DNA of 58,912 nt from Catajapyx aquilonaris (Eukaryota), in NCBI GenBank assembly GCA_000934665.2, contig KZ538611.1, positions 1 to 58,912 of the forward strand, read 5' to 3'. Position numbers and translations under genes: made by a program. The notes under the pieces were generated by a model that saw only the letters and a list, made by a program, of their open reading frames with translations, was not told where the DNA came from and ran no database searches. Positions 1-20,109 of this stretch are shown here, piece by piece (position 1 is the first letter of the stretch; every line of letters begins with the position of its first letter).

Positions 1-677
1 TTGCAAGTAATCATAATTTTTTTTGCAATGCATTTCCTTCGCAGAATAAAACTACTGCAATAAATATTACGGCCAGAAAATGCCCAGAAGACTAGGTATG
101 TAGAAGTAAAGAATTCAGTGCGATGAAAATGTGGAAAATGTAGCAATTTGGAAGTCAAGCCAAATACAGATGCATATGCCTGAACATTTATGTAGGCTAG
201 TTCAATGGGAGCGAAAGCAAGCTAGGTGCTTATTGTAGGTTGAATCGGCCGACAATGAGCTCCTCATTGTGCGCTGCAGGCCGACAAAAGTTATTGTGGC
301 TTTGCCAACTGAAAAGTTTACCGACATCCCTCGTGGCATTCAAATTTGCCACCTCCTCCATAAGACCCTGGTCCCAGAACTCGTCTGATCGATTCACATG
401 GCAGGGGTATCAAGATATTATTTGTTGTGCTCTCCCAGCAACAGATTGTTTGCGACACGTTGCCAACCTATAGGGAGCCCACCCCACCCATGTAGCTAAG
501 GTGTGGATAAATGACAAACTTTCCTAATTTTGTACCAATATCATTCATCCTCTACATTTTCCAGTAAAAGCCCTGACATGTTTTATTCATGCTGCCCTTG
601 AGCAAAGGGTGTCAAATTACTGAATTGCCACCAAATTGAGTCTTAGGTAGCTTTCCTAGATACCAGTAACATATCTA

Positions 678-910
678 CACTGTAAACCACAAAACATTAA
701 ATGAGCATCACTGGTGAGTCTCTCATGGAACATAAATTTTTAACGCTATTCTAATGCTCTACGAATGCTCTTGTGATGCTCCTGTGATGCTTTTTTGTTG
801 CTAAAAAGCATCACAAGAGCATTGGCAGAGCATTAGAAGAGCATCAAAAAATTGATGATCCATGCGAGACTCACCAGTGATGCTATTTTAATGTTATGCG
901 GTTTACAGTG
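678..910. mobile_element. Palindromic MITE with TA target-site duplication (Tc1/mariner-type), in a PMS2 intron
   Basis: TA-CACTGTAAACC...GGTTTACAGTG-TA; imperfect arms pair over nearly the whole length (gcatcactggtgagtctc / gagactcaccagtgatgc). Confidence 0.8.
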
Positions 911-1041
911 TATGGAATATGATATTTTTAAATATGGTCAGGTAACCATTGGTAAAGGTTTCCAAGTGACTGACACTGAGTTAACTTTATATGTTTCATA
1001 AAATCAACTAGCATGTCATCTCTGAAAGGTCTAGACCATAC

Positions 1042-1684
1042 CTGTCGTGCGCATGGCGTCCTCTTTACTATTTTCCCCTCTCGATCAAGCTGGATTTTTG
1101 TACCAATAGCTGCATCTTTGTGCTTGGTCAACACAATCACATCAGCTAACGCACAGAGGGAACTCAGGGCCTCACCTCGGAAACCAAACGTCTCGACGGA
1201 AGTCAAATCAGAGAAATACTTCAGCTTGGAAGTATGATGTTTCAAAGCTGCAAAATTTCCAATACTTAAATTTTATGCTTCCCATTACAAACATCAGACA
1301 TACCAATCCCTTCAAAGTTGCATTCAGCTACGCCACTTCCATTGTCTGAAACTTCAATGAGCTCGCTGCCATGTTCCTTCAATCGGATTTCAACTGTAGT
1401 CGCACCAGCATCCAGGCTGTTTTCGACCAACTCCTTGACTGCAGTAGCCAAGCTCAAAATGACCTGTCAAGAGAAGTCCACTTGTCACAAACACTGAACA
1501 CAGTACAAACACACATGCAACAGTTTCATGTTTGTGTGCAATAGCTGCCATCTAAGTCAAAGGGTCTCACCTGTCCTGAGCATATCTTGTGTGTCGTGAC
1601 TCGATCTATTGGTTGTATATGAGTTCGTGCTCCTTGCTTAGACGACGCCATGGTCTCTTCCGCGCCTTCACCGGACGTCGCCAT
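1042..1684 (-). CDS. PMS2: DNA mismatch repair protein PMS2 (MutL family), first three coding exons; gene continues beyond the left edge
   Basis: Exons 1684-1571, 1463-1304 and 1247-1042 with GT-AG introns and matching phases. They encode [69 protein letters not shown], the MutL GHKL ATPase motifs with the PMS2-type ICSGQV signature. Confidence 0.93.
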
Positions 1685-3871
1685 CTTTCCTCATATCCAC
1701 CCACCAGCTACCAGCACCATCTCCTGATGCTGTTGGTAGTCCATCTGACGATACCATACCTGACTTTTGAGTTTTGGCGCCTTCCCACTTCCACGCCACT
1801 AATAGCTCTATTCAAAAATATAATAGAAATTGGGTGGAAAATCCCAGGCATTTAAGTTAGCAAACTATCGCTGGTGCGGTTTACTTTATCCGGCTGTCTA
1901 AAAAGGGGAACAGGATGCAGAACTTTCCCTTCCTCCTTGGCTTTTTTTTTTCTTCTTCTTCTTTGCTTCTTCACTGCCTTCTTCAGCTGCTTGTGTACGC
2001 AAAAAGTTCGCGTCATTATCAATGCCGGCTTATTTTCTTATGGGATTATATCAGTTGTCACTCGCAAACGAATAAATGAGTGTGTTTGTTTCCTAAACAA
2101 GTTAGGAATTTGCAGCAATTAAAACTGTGACAATTTCTTATTTTGGCAGGGCAATGCTTCGTTGCCAGTGAATGTATAATGTAGCTGTCGAGAAAAGCAC
2201 TATGAATGTGAGTGGGAAGGAGATGGAAAGAGGGAAGAAAGAGTGTGAATAAATTTGCTCTCTGGTTTCAGTTACAGCCCACTATTATATATCTTATACA
2301 TCCAATGGATTTAATATGACAATAATTACAATTAGTTTTTTCAAATGAGAAACAGGGGGGCAATTTTCATGTCATACTACACGTGTTAAGTGATTTTAAT
2401 AAGAGTTATTTTTAACGTGACAGAATTTCTTTCGGATTTTCCAGCCGATTTCGAAGTTCGAGAGTCTTTAACAAGAATTGTGAAGATACCATATTTGCAA
2501 CAGTTATTTATTAATTCGCTAATTTCTAATAAACTTATATGCTATACAAAGTGACAATGAATTCTTATCATGCCTTGTGCATACATTATCCATGGATAAG
2601 TCGTATCACTGCAAGAGACGTCAAAATTGTTTTAATTCGGCATAATTAAACTCGACTTGGTTTAATTTTCATATTATAATATTTCGCATATACCTTCAAA
2701 CGAGGCTTTTTTTTTGATAAGATCACAGCATAACAGAGGAAGTACAAAATTACTGCCTGACATTGCTCCTGCTTACACAGCAATGAGTGGAGTTACCCTG
2801 AAGGGAGGCTGCCCATGTAACAATGGAAGAAGGTGGGCCTTTCCTCTCTGACCCACTGCTCCACTTTTTTCGGGGAATCCCAACCTCCAGATTTTTTTGG
2901 CTTCAGTGCCCACCACCATCTCGTTTCACTTTCATTCGCTTTGTTTTCTTACGGTCTGACTGTACTCGCTCTTGAATTAGACTGAAACAACAGTAATTGA
3001 GAAATTGCAAACAATTCTTTCGAGGCATAACTTGACGTATGTGACATCACATAATGATTTATTACTATGCATGGCTTATTTGAGAATGGTTATTCTTGGA
3101 ACGCCCTCTTTAAACGTTATTAAATTATTATGCAGGCAGTATTTCATAACGATATTCAGTGAAATTTTATGCTACCATATACTGCCGTCAGCGTCATCTA
3201 ATCTGTTTCAGGCCCCTTTCTCCAGTAGTCTAGTATAGGCTAAGTCACGTAAATGGAAATTCCGTAGAAATCAGAAAATTATTACGCAAATTTTTGTTAT
3301 AGTGCAAGCCTACATCCGCCATTCAATGATTCCTGTTATCAGTGATACAGGTTCGAGAAATTTTCAATGAACTTAATGTTGTAGGTCTGTTGCTTTAGGG
3401 TGCAAATCGTGACAAGATGGTTAGATATATATTCTGTTCACACTTTATATCAGTAGCCAATTTTTACCGTTACAAGAAGTCAAAAGTATTGCATTAACTT
3501 TTTATAAGATTTTCATTATAAGCCTACTTTTCACTGCCATTAGTTGCAGCCTGTTGATCGCCTATGAGACAGTTCCACCATAAAAATACTTGAAGATCTG
3601 TTAAATTAAGGCCGACCTGAGTGGTTGGCATCACGAATGTCTGACACAATAACCATCATGAAAATCTTAGTTGCATCATTCCTTATGTTATGTGAACCCA
3701 GTTTTCAAACCTTTCTCTAGGACACTGCATAATAATTACCAGGTATATTGATCCAGAATATAACTGACTTGTGTATCAAAACTTTCGTTCCCTACAAAAT
3801 ATTGTAAGGATATTCTTTTGCTCCGTGATGTTCCTCTGCCTGTCACTATGGCTTCCTAATTCGCACTCGCG

Positions 3872-3997
3872 GTTGCAACGGAAGTATGGATGGAAGTTAT
3901 GCGATAAACAAATTATTAAGCAAAGGAAGTACCACGTTTTCTCCTATTAAAGTTGTGATTGGTTCTCTCAGAACTTCCGTCCATACTCCCGCTACAA
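3872..3997. repeat. Degenerate inverted repeat, probable old MITE
   Basis: gttgcaacggaagtatggatggaagtt pairs imperfectly with aacttccgtccatactcccgctacaa. Confidence 0.5.
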
Positions 3998-4162
3998 TCT
4001 GAGATAGACAGACAACATAATATACTAAAATATTACTATAAGTAAAGGAAGTAAAGGCTTCTTTTATCGCTTGTTAGCCCGGGTTGCTCCTCTCACGATA
4101 TGTCAAAACCGAGCGTTTCTCATTGTTAGTTATTACTATTTTATTGCTGCCAACCATTAATA

Positions 4163-4235
4163 CAGTGAAACCTGTGAAGTTGGACAGCTTGATATGTTGC
4201 CATCTCCCTATGTTGGACATTTTTTCTTGGAACCA
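4163..4235. mobile_element. Single pogo/Tigger-like terminus
   Basis: TA-CAGTGAAACCT followed by repeated gttggaca sub-terminal motifs; no partner end found. Confidence 0.45.
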
Positions 4236-4494
4236 TTAGTGTCCAACATCACGTTTCAATGTAACAATCAGAAACGTGACGTTTTTATATAGACTACAGC
4301 GAACGATGCAACATCTCTGAATTTGAAAACTGGAATATTTCAAATAACAGCATTTCAGAATGATGTGTGTTTTTGAGATGTGGCTTTTTAAACGTTTGAA
4401 GATAGCATTACCCTTTACAGAATTCCTTTTTCTTCAACATTTCACAGAGGCTATGTCTGCTCTACCAGAAAACTGACTTTTTCATCAGCAACTG

Positions 4495-4665
4495 TAGGCA
4501 GCTAGGCCACTCTAACTTGCCATTGACGTCATCGTCAGTTTCCATGGAGATGCCCTCACACAACAAAATGAATAAACAGTGTGAACAAAAATAATATTGT
4601 TTACTCCCATTGTTGCATGAGCAACAAAACGATGACGTCAATGGCAAGTTATGGTAGCCTGCCTA
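4495..4665. mobile_element. MITE-like inverted repeat
   Basis: taggcag..taacttgccattgacgtcatcgt pairs with acgatgacgtcaatggcaagtta..ctgccta. Confidence 0.65.
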
Positions 4666-7600
4666 TACTCATCGAAGATTACACACACGCGCTTTCCATC
4701 ATAATTATGTAACTCTGGTCCTTCTGAAAATCAGTTCTTCAAATATAATAAGTTATACGGTAATTCTCTTGCTCTCACTGGTGGTTTCTTCTCTTTGTCA
4801 CATTTTGTACAAATGCATATTTCATAGCCTAGATGTTATGAGGCTAGATTTCAGAAATTAGCGTAGAGAATTCAGGCCATGCTCCATGCCCATGTACTTG
4901 AATAATTTCATTGGATCAAGAGCCTAAGAATACATCCTTATACGTGAATGGAAAATAAATATACTGTATAGAAACGATTAAAAGTATAATTCCTGCGTTC
5001 AGACTCAATGACTTCTTCGGCAACTAGACATTCCCATCGTAATATCTGTCAACGGATATGAAACCTTATTGTCTCGGTGTGCGTAAGGAAAACCCCGCCA
5101 CATTACACAATTTCTGAGGGTAGGCCTACTTGGAATCGCGCCTTGTTGTCCAAGGCTTCCCGAGTACACGTAAGTAGACCAAAAAAAGAGAGAAAAAGGT
5201 GGGCTTCCCCAGCCAACGATCCGAAAGAGAAATGGGTGGCTCTCTGCTGCACTCATGGCGGAACGACCCATCATGCTGCACAAAATCTCCCAGGGTGCAA
5301 CGAACGGATAAACACCCAAGCAAGCTATTCTCATCCAGGAAGAAGGCGTCTCATTCCAGCATGTTATGCGGAAATCATGTCACACTCGTTCTATTTACCT
5401 CATACTTATTATTTTGTTTTTGAAATAATTATTACGAAATGTGGCACTGATGGCATGATTAGGATGAGTCAGTATGTGATCTCCATGCAGCTTCTGTGCG
5501 TGAGAGGAAGTCCTGGGGCTATTCTGAGTGCGTCCAGTGGATGTGAAAGTTAAGCGTATGCGCTCTGACCAGTGTTGAGATTGTTGTTTCGAGGACGCGC
5601 GTAGGCAAAGATTTACCTACCACGCAATGTTTTAGTAGGACACTGCGGATTTTCTCGTTTTGCGCTGATTTTGCAGATGTTTTGCACTATACATCTACCG
5701 GTATCCTCACGGGCCTTCTGCGGTTGATGAGAAATAACTGCAATTTAGAGATTTGTCAGCTGTGTGGAAGTGTTTATGTACACAAGTACTGTTGTTATTT
5801 ACATCATAAATTATGGAATATAATTATTGATAAAATGTAGCGAACAATATTATCAGCCATAAAAACGATTCCTTCTGAATAATAATTTGCACATGGCCCC
5901 AGGAAAGCGTGTCCTTCTCAAGGCTACTCATGCAGGTTGTATAATTTGTGCCATTGTTACTCTTATAATACTGGCAATGCCAAGGTTACAAAGATGTTTG
6001 TGTCAGCTCTTACAAGGGGATAACAACGTTCTATTTAACTTTCTGTCGCTCATTATACAGTATATTATCCTGTTTCATTCTGGATAGTAAGCTATAGATA
6101 GTGATAATTATTATATCATCCACTCTGGCCATGTGAGGTAGCCTGCTCTCCAGGATACTTCACAGTAGGATAATTCATTCATGTTATTGTTCACTAATAG
6201 AGTGTGTATACATATCACGTCCTCATTTTCGAACGTTCTTACGCTAGGCCACGCTTCTGACATTGAGGCATGAAATATGATTTAAAAGATTTATTTTCAA
6301 AAGAGGAACTGCATCAGTGATTCTACGAAAGAATCACTTTCCAAATTTACTGAAACTTTGGTATGCAGGTTATAGTAAAATGTGCACATCTCCATAATGG
6401 ATCCGATTTCACTAAAATCAAAGCAATTTTGTCTTAGAAAACCCCACGTTCCAGAAAAAAACAGCGACATTGTGCACCACACGACCGTTATGTTATTCTG
6501 TCATATATTGTTAAATATTGCAATATTTTAGGCAGGTAAGATCGTAAAATGTTGATATGACCAATCTGGAGGCACAAAATATCTGGTGTCGAGTTACATT
6601 TGAATGAGATGGCAGAGGAAGTGGTAATGTCTAATGAGCAAAATTTACAGGAATATAATTTTCCTAAATAGCAGCTACAACCTTCTCATGTGCCAAATCT
6701 ACCATATCCATGCAGGCAAGGCACAACAACAAAGAGAGACCTACTTTAAAATAAATTAACCCTTATTGTCTTGTACTCTGCGGGGCGAGGGAGAATAACT
6801 ACAAGGGAGGAGTGTGGATCTGAAAAATGGTGAGGTTAAATGATGCCCTCGATGAACGGAGAGTATAGCTTGGGTGTTTGGCACCACCCATCCGTGGGAG
6901 AACCACTTTCGTTTGCAGGCAACCAAAAGCGGCGTGTTGCCATATGGTCCCAATTTCACCCGGACGCTTCGTATTCTGAAATGGAGCAATTTGGCAACCG
7001 ACTGTGGTGGTTCAAAGGGAATTCCCAACAGAGAGCAGGTCAAGGGTGACCATGCTGCTGGACGTACGGATCCTGGTGAAAGTGAGAGTGATTTTCATCC
7101 GCTCTGTAGTCAACTGGGCTCTTCCACAGATGGTGACCGATCATCGTCGGAGACATACACTTCCTCAGTTTCCAAGCCGGACCTCTCTGTTCACAGCTTT
7201 CACTTTCACGGGACACATTACGGCTCCCTTCTCAAAAAATGGGTTTCTTGGGGCTATCGAGTGGGAACAAGGTAGAGAGAGGCGGGCTGTTCAAACTGGA
7301 AAACACAGAGGAAGTTGGGTTGCGAAAAAGGAGTAACCTAACCTCACATAACATGTTCTGCAGGGATGTCAAATTCTCATGTTTCACGTGCTTCAGCATA
7401 GTTAGTCCAGTAGATGAATAGACTTTGTCCAGCCTATCCTCGACGTGTTATTAATTCAACTGAATGAACTATACGAGCTATCAGCAAGTAGCATCTTGAG
7501 GAGATGCCCTCTATAACGAACACAAAGGAACGATTCATGGAAAGGTTAGGGGAACCTTGAGCCTAAGCCCAAACTGGGGCACTACAAAAAAAAATAGTTT

Positions 7601-7935
7601 TGTTTGCAATTGGGAATTCTTGTGCAAGCGAAGCTATTCATGAGATGGTCAAATAGGACATGGTCGAGTTTGGGGTGGGCCCTTTTCAAGGGTTAGCATT
7701 TCGGAGCTCAATATATTCAGCTGGCCTTGGAATTCAAGCAGAATGGCACTATGGCTGCACATGTCAAATGTTCGCAGAGCATGAAAGCGATATTCCGTCC
7801 TACTTTTGTCATCTAAAATATGATTCGGTTCCGATATGTTGGTAATATTCAAAATTCATAGAAAACTCAGAACGGTTAAAAATTCTAACATAAACTGGCA
7901 TTAGGAGCATTCAAATGAAGCCTGAGCCTGTCTAT

Positions 7936-8062
7936 GGGCCGGTTTCAACAAGCCCGGTTTTCATCAAAACCCCGGTTCTTTTGGAAAATCCCTGCAAATA
8001 GAATAGGGATTTTCCGAAAGAACCGGGGCTTTTATGAAAACCGGGCTTGGTGAAACCGGCCC
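7936..8062. mobile_element. PIF/Harbinger-type palindromic MITE, copy 1
   Basis: TAT-GGGCCGGTTTCA...TGAAACCGGCCC-TAT; 3-bp TSD; near-complete hairpin; a second copy lies at 21488. Confidence 0.85.
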
Positions 8063-8228
8063 TATGTAATAATTATTGCAATAACTTAGGGAGAAAAGAA
8101 CAAACTTGTGTTGTTGTAGGCCTACACGTAATGCGGCTATCTACTCGAAGTTTGCATAAATGTTTTGGGCATTACAACGGTCACTTATTGTTGTAACCAA
8201 TCGCAAAAGGGAATTCCCATATGTTACC

Positions 8229-8285
<57 letters not shown>
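8229..8285. repeat. (AAT)n microsatellite
   Basis: Direct reading. Confidence 0.95.
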
Positions 8286-11200
8286 TATTACTGTAACGGC
8301 CAACGGGCCAAACATTCATTGCCCATAGATTGTAACGAGTTTTGGCAGCAGCACAACAGTAAATAAAAACACAAGTTTATGAAAACCCCTTGTAAGAGAG
8401 TTTATTTCCTTAGCTGAATGATACCTTATTAACAGAATTTACAACAACAGTTCCGCACCAGTTTTTGACATAAAAAATTAATGCTATTTTGCGTATTTCC
8501 TATTCAAATGTCACTATACAGGTGAAGACTAAAAATGCAGAACGAGCAGAGTCACATTTGACTGATCTCGAAATGTTTGGGTTAGAAGGCTACATAGTGC
8601 ATTATCCATTATGGGATGATTACTTTTCCAAAAGTGTATTGAGGGTGCTGTAGTAATTTCTCGATCTAAAAACTGGTTTGACCATCAGAAGGTACCCTTA
8701 GAAGACTACAATATACGGTACTAAACAATCCTTTACTCATTTTCGAACAAAACATTACTCGGATAGTTTTGCATCTCAGGTCTTCATATTCCTCTAATGG
8801 TAATCACAGCAGCTATTCGCCAGATCATTGCATAAGGTATTTTTTGTCACTTATAAATACAACTTACAGAGGCGATATCATGAGTATTATCACATCTGTG
8901 TGAGTCTCCTATAGAAATTGTCAATGCTTTATTACGAGTTCTCGGAGAGACAATCGAGACCCGCAGGGGCGACTATTTCAGGCGAGATTACAGGTCTCTC
9001 ATCAGTAAATTAACTAGTAGATTAGAACCTTAAGTATTTGAGCATCTTAAAAGACAATCGTGAATAGTATGCATTAGATACACGCTCCACAACTGCAGAA
9101 TAATCTGACGTGATTATCAGTCATTGGAATAAGCCGACTTCTTGCACTGCCAGGAGAAAACTTTCCTATGGACACGTATGATGGTAGGCTCTAGAAGATT
9201 TGTTTTGCACTTCTTCATAATTACGAGGGAATTAGCCCAATTATTTGTTGGAATTGTTTGGAAGAAATCTACTTCACATTTGCTCGTCTTGAAAGTATAA
9301 AGTCACATTTTTCAGAACTGCTTTGCATTACACTATACAGTATGGTACATTCGGTTCAATGTATTTCCGAATATTACTGCACACGAGAACATGCTGGCAT
9401 TTGAAGGGATGCACGTTTTGTATAATTTGTTAGTAACTGCTATTTACCTCCTGTCAACATCAATAAACTTAAGGTGGAAATGAAGCTAGAGTCACTCAAT
9501 GAGAATTTTATGAAAAAAACATATGTTACGCAGTTTTGTGTCCTCTTATCAATGGCGCAAAGAAAAATACACGTCACCGTGCAAATTAGCGAACTGGAGG
9601 GCTTAGAAGTTCGCGATTTAACATGGGCCCTTATGGCAGAATTTTCAATAGTCCACAAAAAAATCATAAGTAAATGAGAATTTTAAAATTAAATGTGGAA
9701 TATGTCGGGACTTATATACTGATCGCAACCGCGAAAAGAAAACCCTACCTCACCGTGCTCTTTCAATTTGTATTGCGGAAAAACGATCCGAAAATGATCC
9801 AGTGACGTCACCTTGCTCCACTCGAGTGAGGCAGTGGCAACACTGCGTTGTTTACGGTAGCGAGATACGGTTGCATACGACCGCGAAATATGAGTGCAAG
9901 TTAGTATGATGGTTTTTACAAAGGCTCACACAGGATTTTCGTTTGGCGGGGGTGTTTGTCAGACGTCAGAACCGTTATATTAGTTTATGTAGTTATAATT
10001 ATAATATAAAAATCGAATCATTCGAATCCACCCGGCAATGACGTCACATTGCTACGCTATAATTGGCCCGGACCTTTGCTGCGTTGCCGCTTCTATCTGT
10101 CACCCGCGTACCAACTGAACGTGTTCCAAATCCGACACAAATGAAGAGCTACAGGCTCCCCTTTCGGAACTAAACTTTTAAAAATGCCTCGTTAAATTGG
10201 GACCTCGTACTGACGACCGAATAAAATCGATTTCCATCAAAAATAACAAATATTAAGCACACCTCCAAATACCAATGTTTAAGTTGGCAGCCGTGACAAT
10301 TGCGCCTGCGCACAAAAACTTGCCGCCGGTAATGGGCCCATATTAAATCGAGTTTAAAACGCAGATTCGAATGGAATGCATAGGATTGAACAGCATTTAC
10401 TGCTGCATCGGTTGCGTATGTTTCCCTGATTTTAGCCCTTCTTATTAACATTCCGATTCTAGACTCTCATTTGATTAGCAAGTCGCTTCATTTCCACCTT
10501 AAGAATTACAACCTCCAAATGCCTGCAGGACAGAAACAAAAGGTCCCGGGGTTGTGGCGAATAGAATGGAAGATATTGAAGTAAAATATTGAAACCTCCA
10601 GGAATGTTTAGCATCGAATGGTCATTTAAGAAGGCAGCAAGCCTAGTAAAGTGAGACAAAGGCAATTAAAATGTAGCTCTGTCTGTAAACTATAGTGTTT
10701 GGAAAGCAACAATCCCATGTCATTATCGCTGTATTTTCTATCCAAATTCTTATCATTTCATTTCACTATAACAGAGATAGTCAGCATAGTGTATTTTAGT
10801 ACCAATAATCTGCTTAACCCCTTAATCATGGATGCCCCTGGAAGATACTGCAGTTTATACACATTTCTGAAGGCACTTCTGTTGGCTCTTGGACATTTGG
10901 AACCTCAAAACCTCAAAATATCCGCATCCCTATTACAAATATTATTTTTAATAAATTTTATAAGCTAGCTGATTCATATGAGGATATGAACGCAACATGA
11001 GGATACACCAACATTTTCAACAGGCTTCCAAAAACTGGTTACAAAGCTCATACAAACTGCAATATAATCAAAATACCGTACGTTACAACCATTAGGGCTC
11101 AATATTATTGGTACTCTTATTATTGCTTTAAAAAATACCCACGCACAGTAATATTTTGATTTGCCAACATTGCGAATGGATACTCTTAGTATGTTGGTAG

Positions 11201-11358
11201 AGAACGACGGCACCGATGGTCACATTATGGGCAAAATACCTTTTCCTGCAACCAATGCCAACCTCTTTCCTGAAAAAAAGCTGTGTTTTTCCCGCCCTCG
11301 TGTGTTTTGAGCCACGTGACTGGCGGCCAAGAGAAAGAACAGGGGGGATAGGTTTCAC

Positions 11359-11504
11359 TATATAAGCAGGTCAGCATGAGCCGTAGAGCTGGCAGTGACT
11401 TCACCGACATCCTCTGGTTAGTGAGGTGCCATTGACGAGGTGCTCTTGTTGGTCTCCCATCAACGGCCTCCAGCATTTTGCACATAGGACCAAGCAAGAC
11501 TCAG
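11359..11504 (+). promoter_or_regulatory. TATA box, Inr-like motif and probable non-coding first exon of the protease-homolog gene
   Basis: TATATAA at 11359, GCAGT about 33 nt downstream, and a strong donor CAG|gtacgt at 11505. The ATG-bearing exon at 13599 begins with an acceptor (ctttccag), so an upstream exon is expected. Confidence 0.6.
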
Positions 11505-12369
11505 GTACGTCATACCGTATCATTGCTTCTGTAATATTTAGGAAGCATTTTTATACAGTGACAACAGTGTAGTAATCTTTCGTGACTTGTAGAATTATTG
11601 TAGCATCATATGATAATGTCGTGCAGTGCTGATTATTATTGATTATAATCAGTTTGCCAGTCTTGGAAAATTACTTTCCTCTTTAATTGTATAGAACTAC
11701 GTTCATATAATTTGCTGCAGCTAAGAGAAAAAAGCTTCGCATGTGGACAGGAATTTATTTCGTGCATTAACATTCACATTACACGCTGAGCTGCCCAAGT
11801 TTAACAACAATAGGAAATGTCAATCTTGTGTCTGAAATTTGGAGGTCAGTGCGTGGATCGTCAGTCCCACGGTACATAATTATAGTGCGTCTAGTGAAAT
11901 GGCATATTCTAAAGATCTATCATATATGCCAAAGTGATTTAGGAAAGACAAATAATTCGGGCACGAAAAATACACCATGCATGTATATACCTTGCCAAAC
12001 GGGTCTGTTGAGTAATATGTTAACGACCTGCCTACACCTCTTAAGATCTCACGTATAGACCCAAAGGACCCCTAATAATGTTTCGCAATGGGGAAATAGA
12101 CATACGCGATACGTTGCTTTTCCTCAGAAGGAGAAAGTGGTCATGTCTAAAAAAAATCATATTTCGTAAAACACCAGAAAAAAATCATTTTTCCTACCAT
12201 CTTGTGGGTTACTTCTTTTGTCATTTACTTTTGCTATAATGTAGAGCGATAACACTTTCACTGGTGGGGAAACGACCTCTTTCACCTCCGGCACAGTGCA
12301 AGTGGCCTAGGTACGTATACTTGCTATAGAATACTGAAGAAATACTGGAATAGCGATGTCATTGTAGGT

Positions 12370-12660
12370 CGAGGACATTAGCTCGTTCTGTAGGTGCTTC
12401 GGAAAGACTCTCCTTTGGCCTCTCCCACTCGTTCATGGATGGATCTGACCTCTATTCCGCATCACTACCTTTGCTTGCCATCAAAACTTTCTCTCTCGGA
12501 AGTCCCTAGCATTGAACTTGATCGAACCCACTATCTTAAGGCCGGAAACTGGGAATTTAGCTTGCTCTGGAAACACACGTATAGGGCGATGTCTTGAATG
12601 GCTTTGGACGCACCTTGTTCCATCTACGATTTATTCGACACGGTTGCATGCACTTGTTTC
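12370..12660 (-). mobile_element. Possible highly decayed non-LTR retrotransposon 3' fragment
   Basis: Broken-frame peptides MEQGASKAIQD and RP*DSGFDQV resemble the RM..R.PK...GRP..RW.D.V tail of RTE-clade LINEs; weak. Confidence 0.3.
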
Positions 12661-13600
12661 CTGCAAGGCCGTGCTTCCCGACAGATAGTATTCTGGGTGA
12701 ATCAGGGTGAGAGTTGTAGGTCTTCTGGACTATCCAGCAGTATAGATGAGGAGGAGGAGAGAAATCAGATTTTCTCTACCACTCAAAGTAAAAGAGCAGT
12801 GAAAGTAGCTTCCTCTGGGCTGCACAAATCACCCAAGTCCATTTTTTGACGTTTTTTTATCACTTTCTCGCTACAGCACCTAGACCGTCTCCAGTTTTGT
12901 ACCAAATATTCACTGCAGAACGTGTCTTCCTTTTCGGGTGCCCTTGGAGGACACGCTCCAAAAAGGCACTCCATGGCACATATTATTATTATTATGAAGT
13001 GTTAGCTGTGCATATGAAAATGCAAATTCATCTTGGATATTTAGAACAAACATGCTATACTAATGCCAGTCTGTAGCATTTCTTTTCGGAGGTACGTGAT
13101 TTGCTGGCCTGGCACCAATCCTCCACCTTGCTGTGCTACTTTCCCTTTCAATACTTTGGCCACTTGCATTATACTTTTGCTGAGACTGTTACCGCAGGTG
13201 CTTGATATGCGTTACTAGTCGCTGCGATATTATTTTGCAGAGAGATAGTGTAAGAGTAGCAGAAGAATTCTTGCTTGATGGGGCGAACAGAACTTTCATA
13301 TCCGTAATAGATTCTGAACTTTCATCAAGGATGAGAAGAATGACGATGATTTTTTTGGTGAAACAATGTTTATAGAAGGAGGTCAGGAGCGGGTGTGACT
13401 AGATGACTTCAACGCCAGACTAGGAGAGAAATCACTCAGATACACACCCAGCTTCCCTTTTCGGCCTATACAAAAAGGGCAGGTTTCCTGTTTCCATCTG
13501 TCACGTATACCTCTCACCCCCATTCTGCACACAGTCATATTGACCATCAATGAGCCTCTTATGAGCAACTTTTGTGATGATCATAACTTACTTTCCAGGA

Positions 13601-20109
<6,509 letters not shown>

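Noticed and set aside
5005..5553. Overlapping 65-158 aa ORFs
   Set aside because: No recognisable motif or consistent splice structure.
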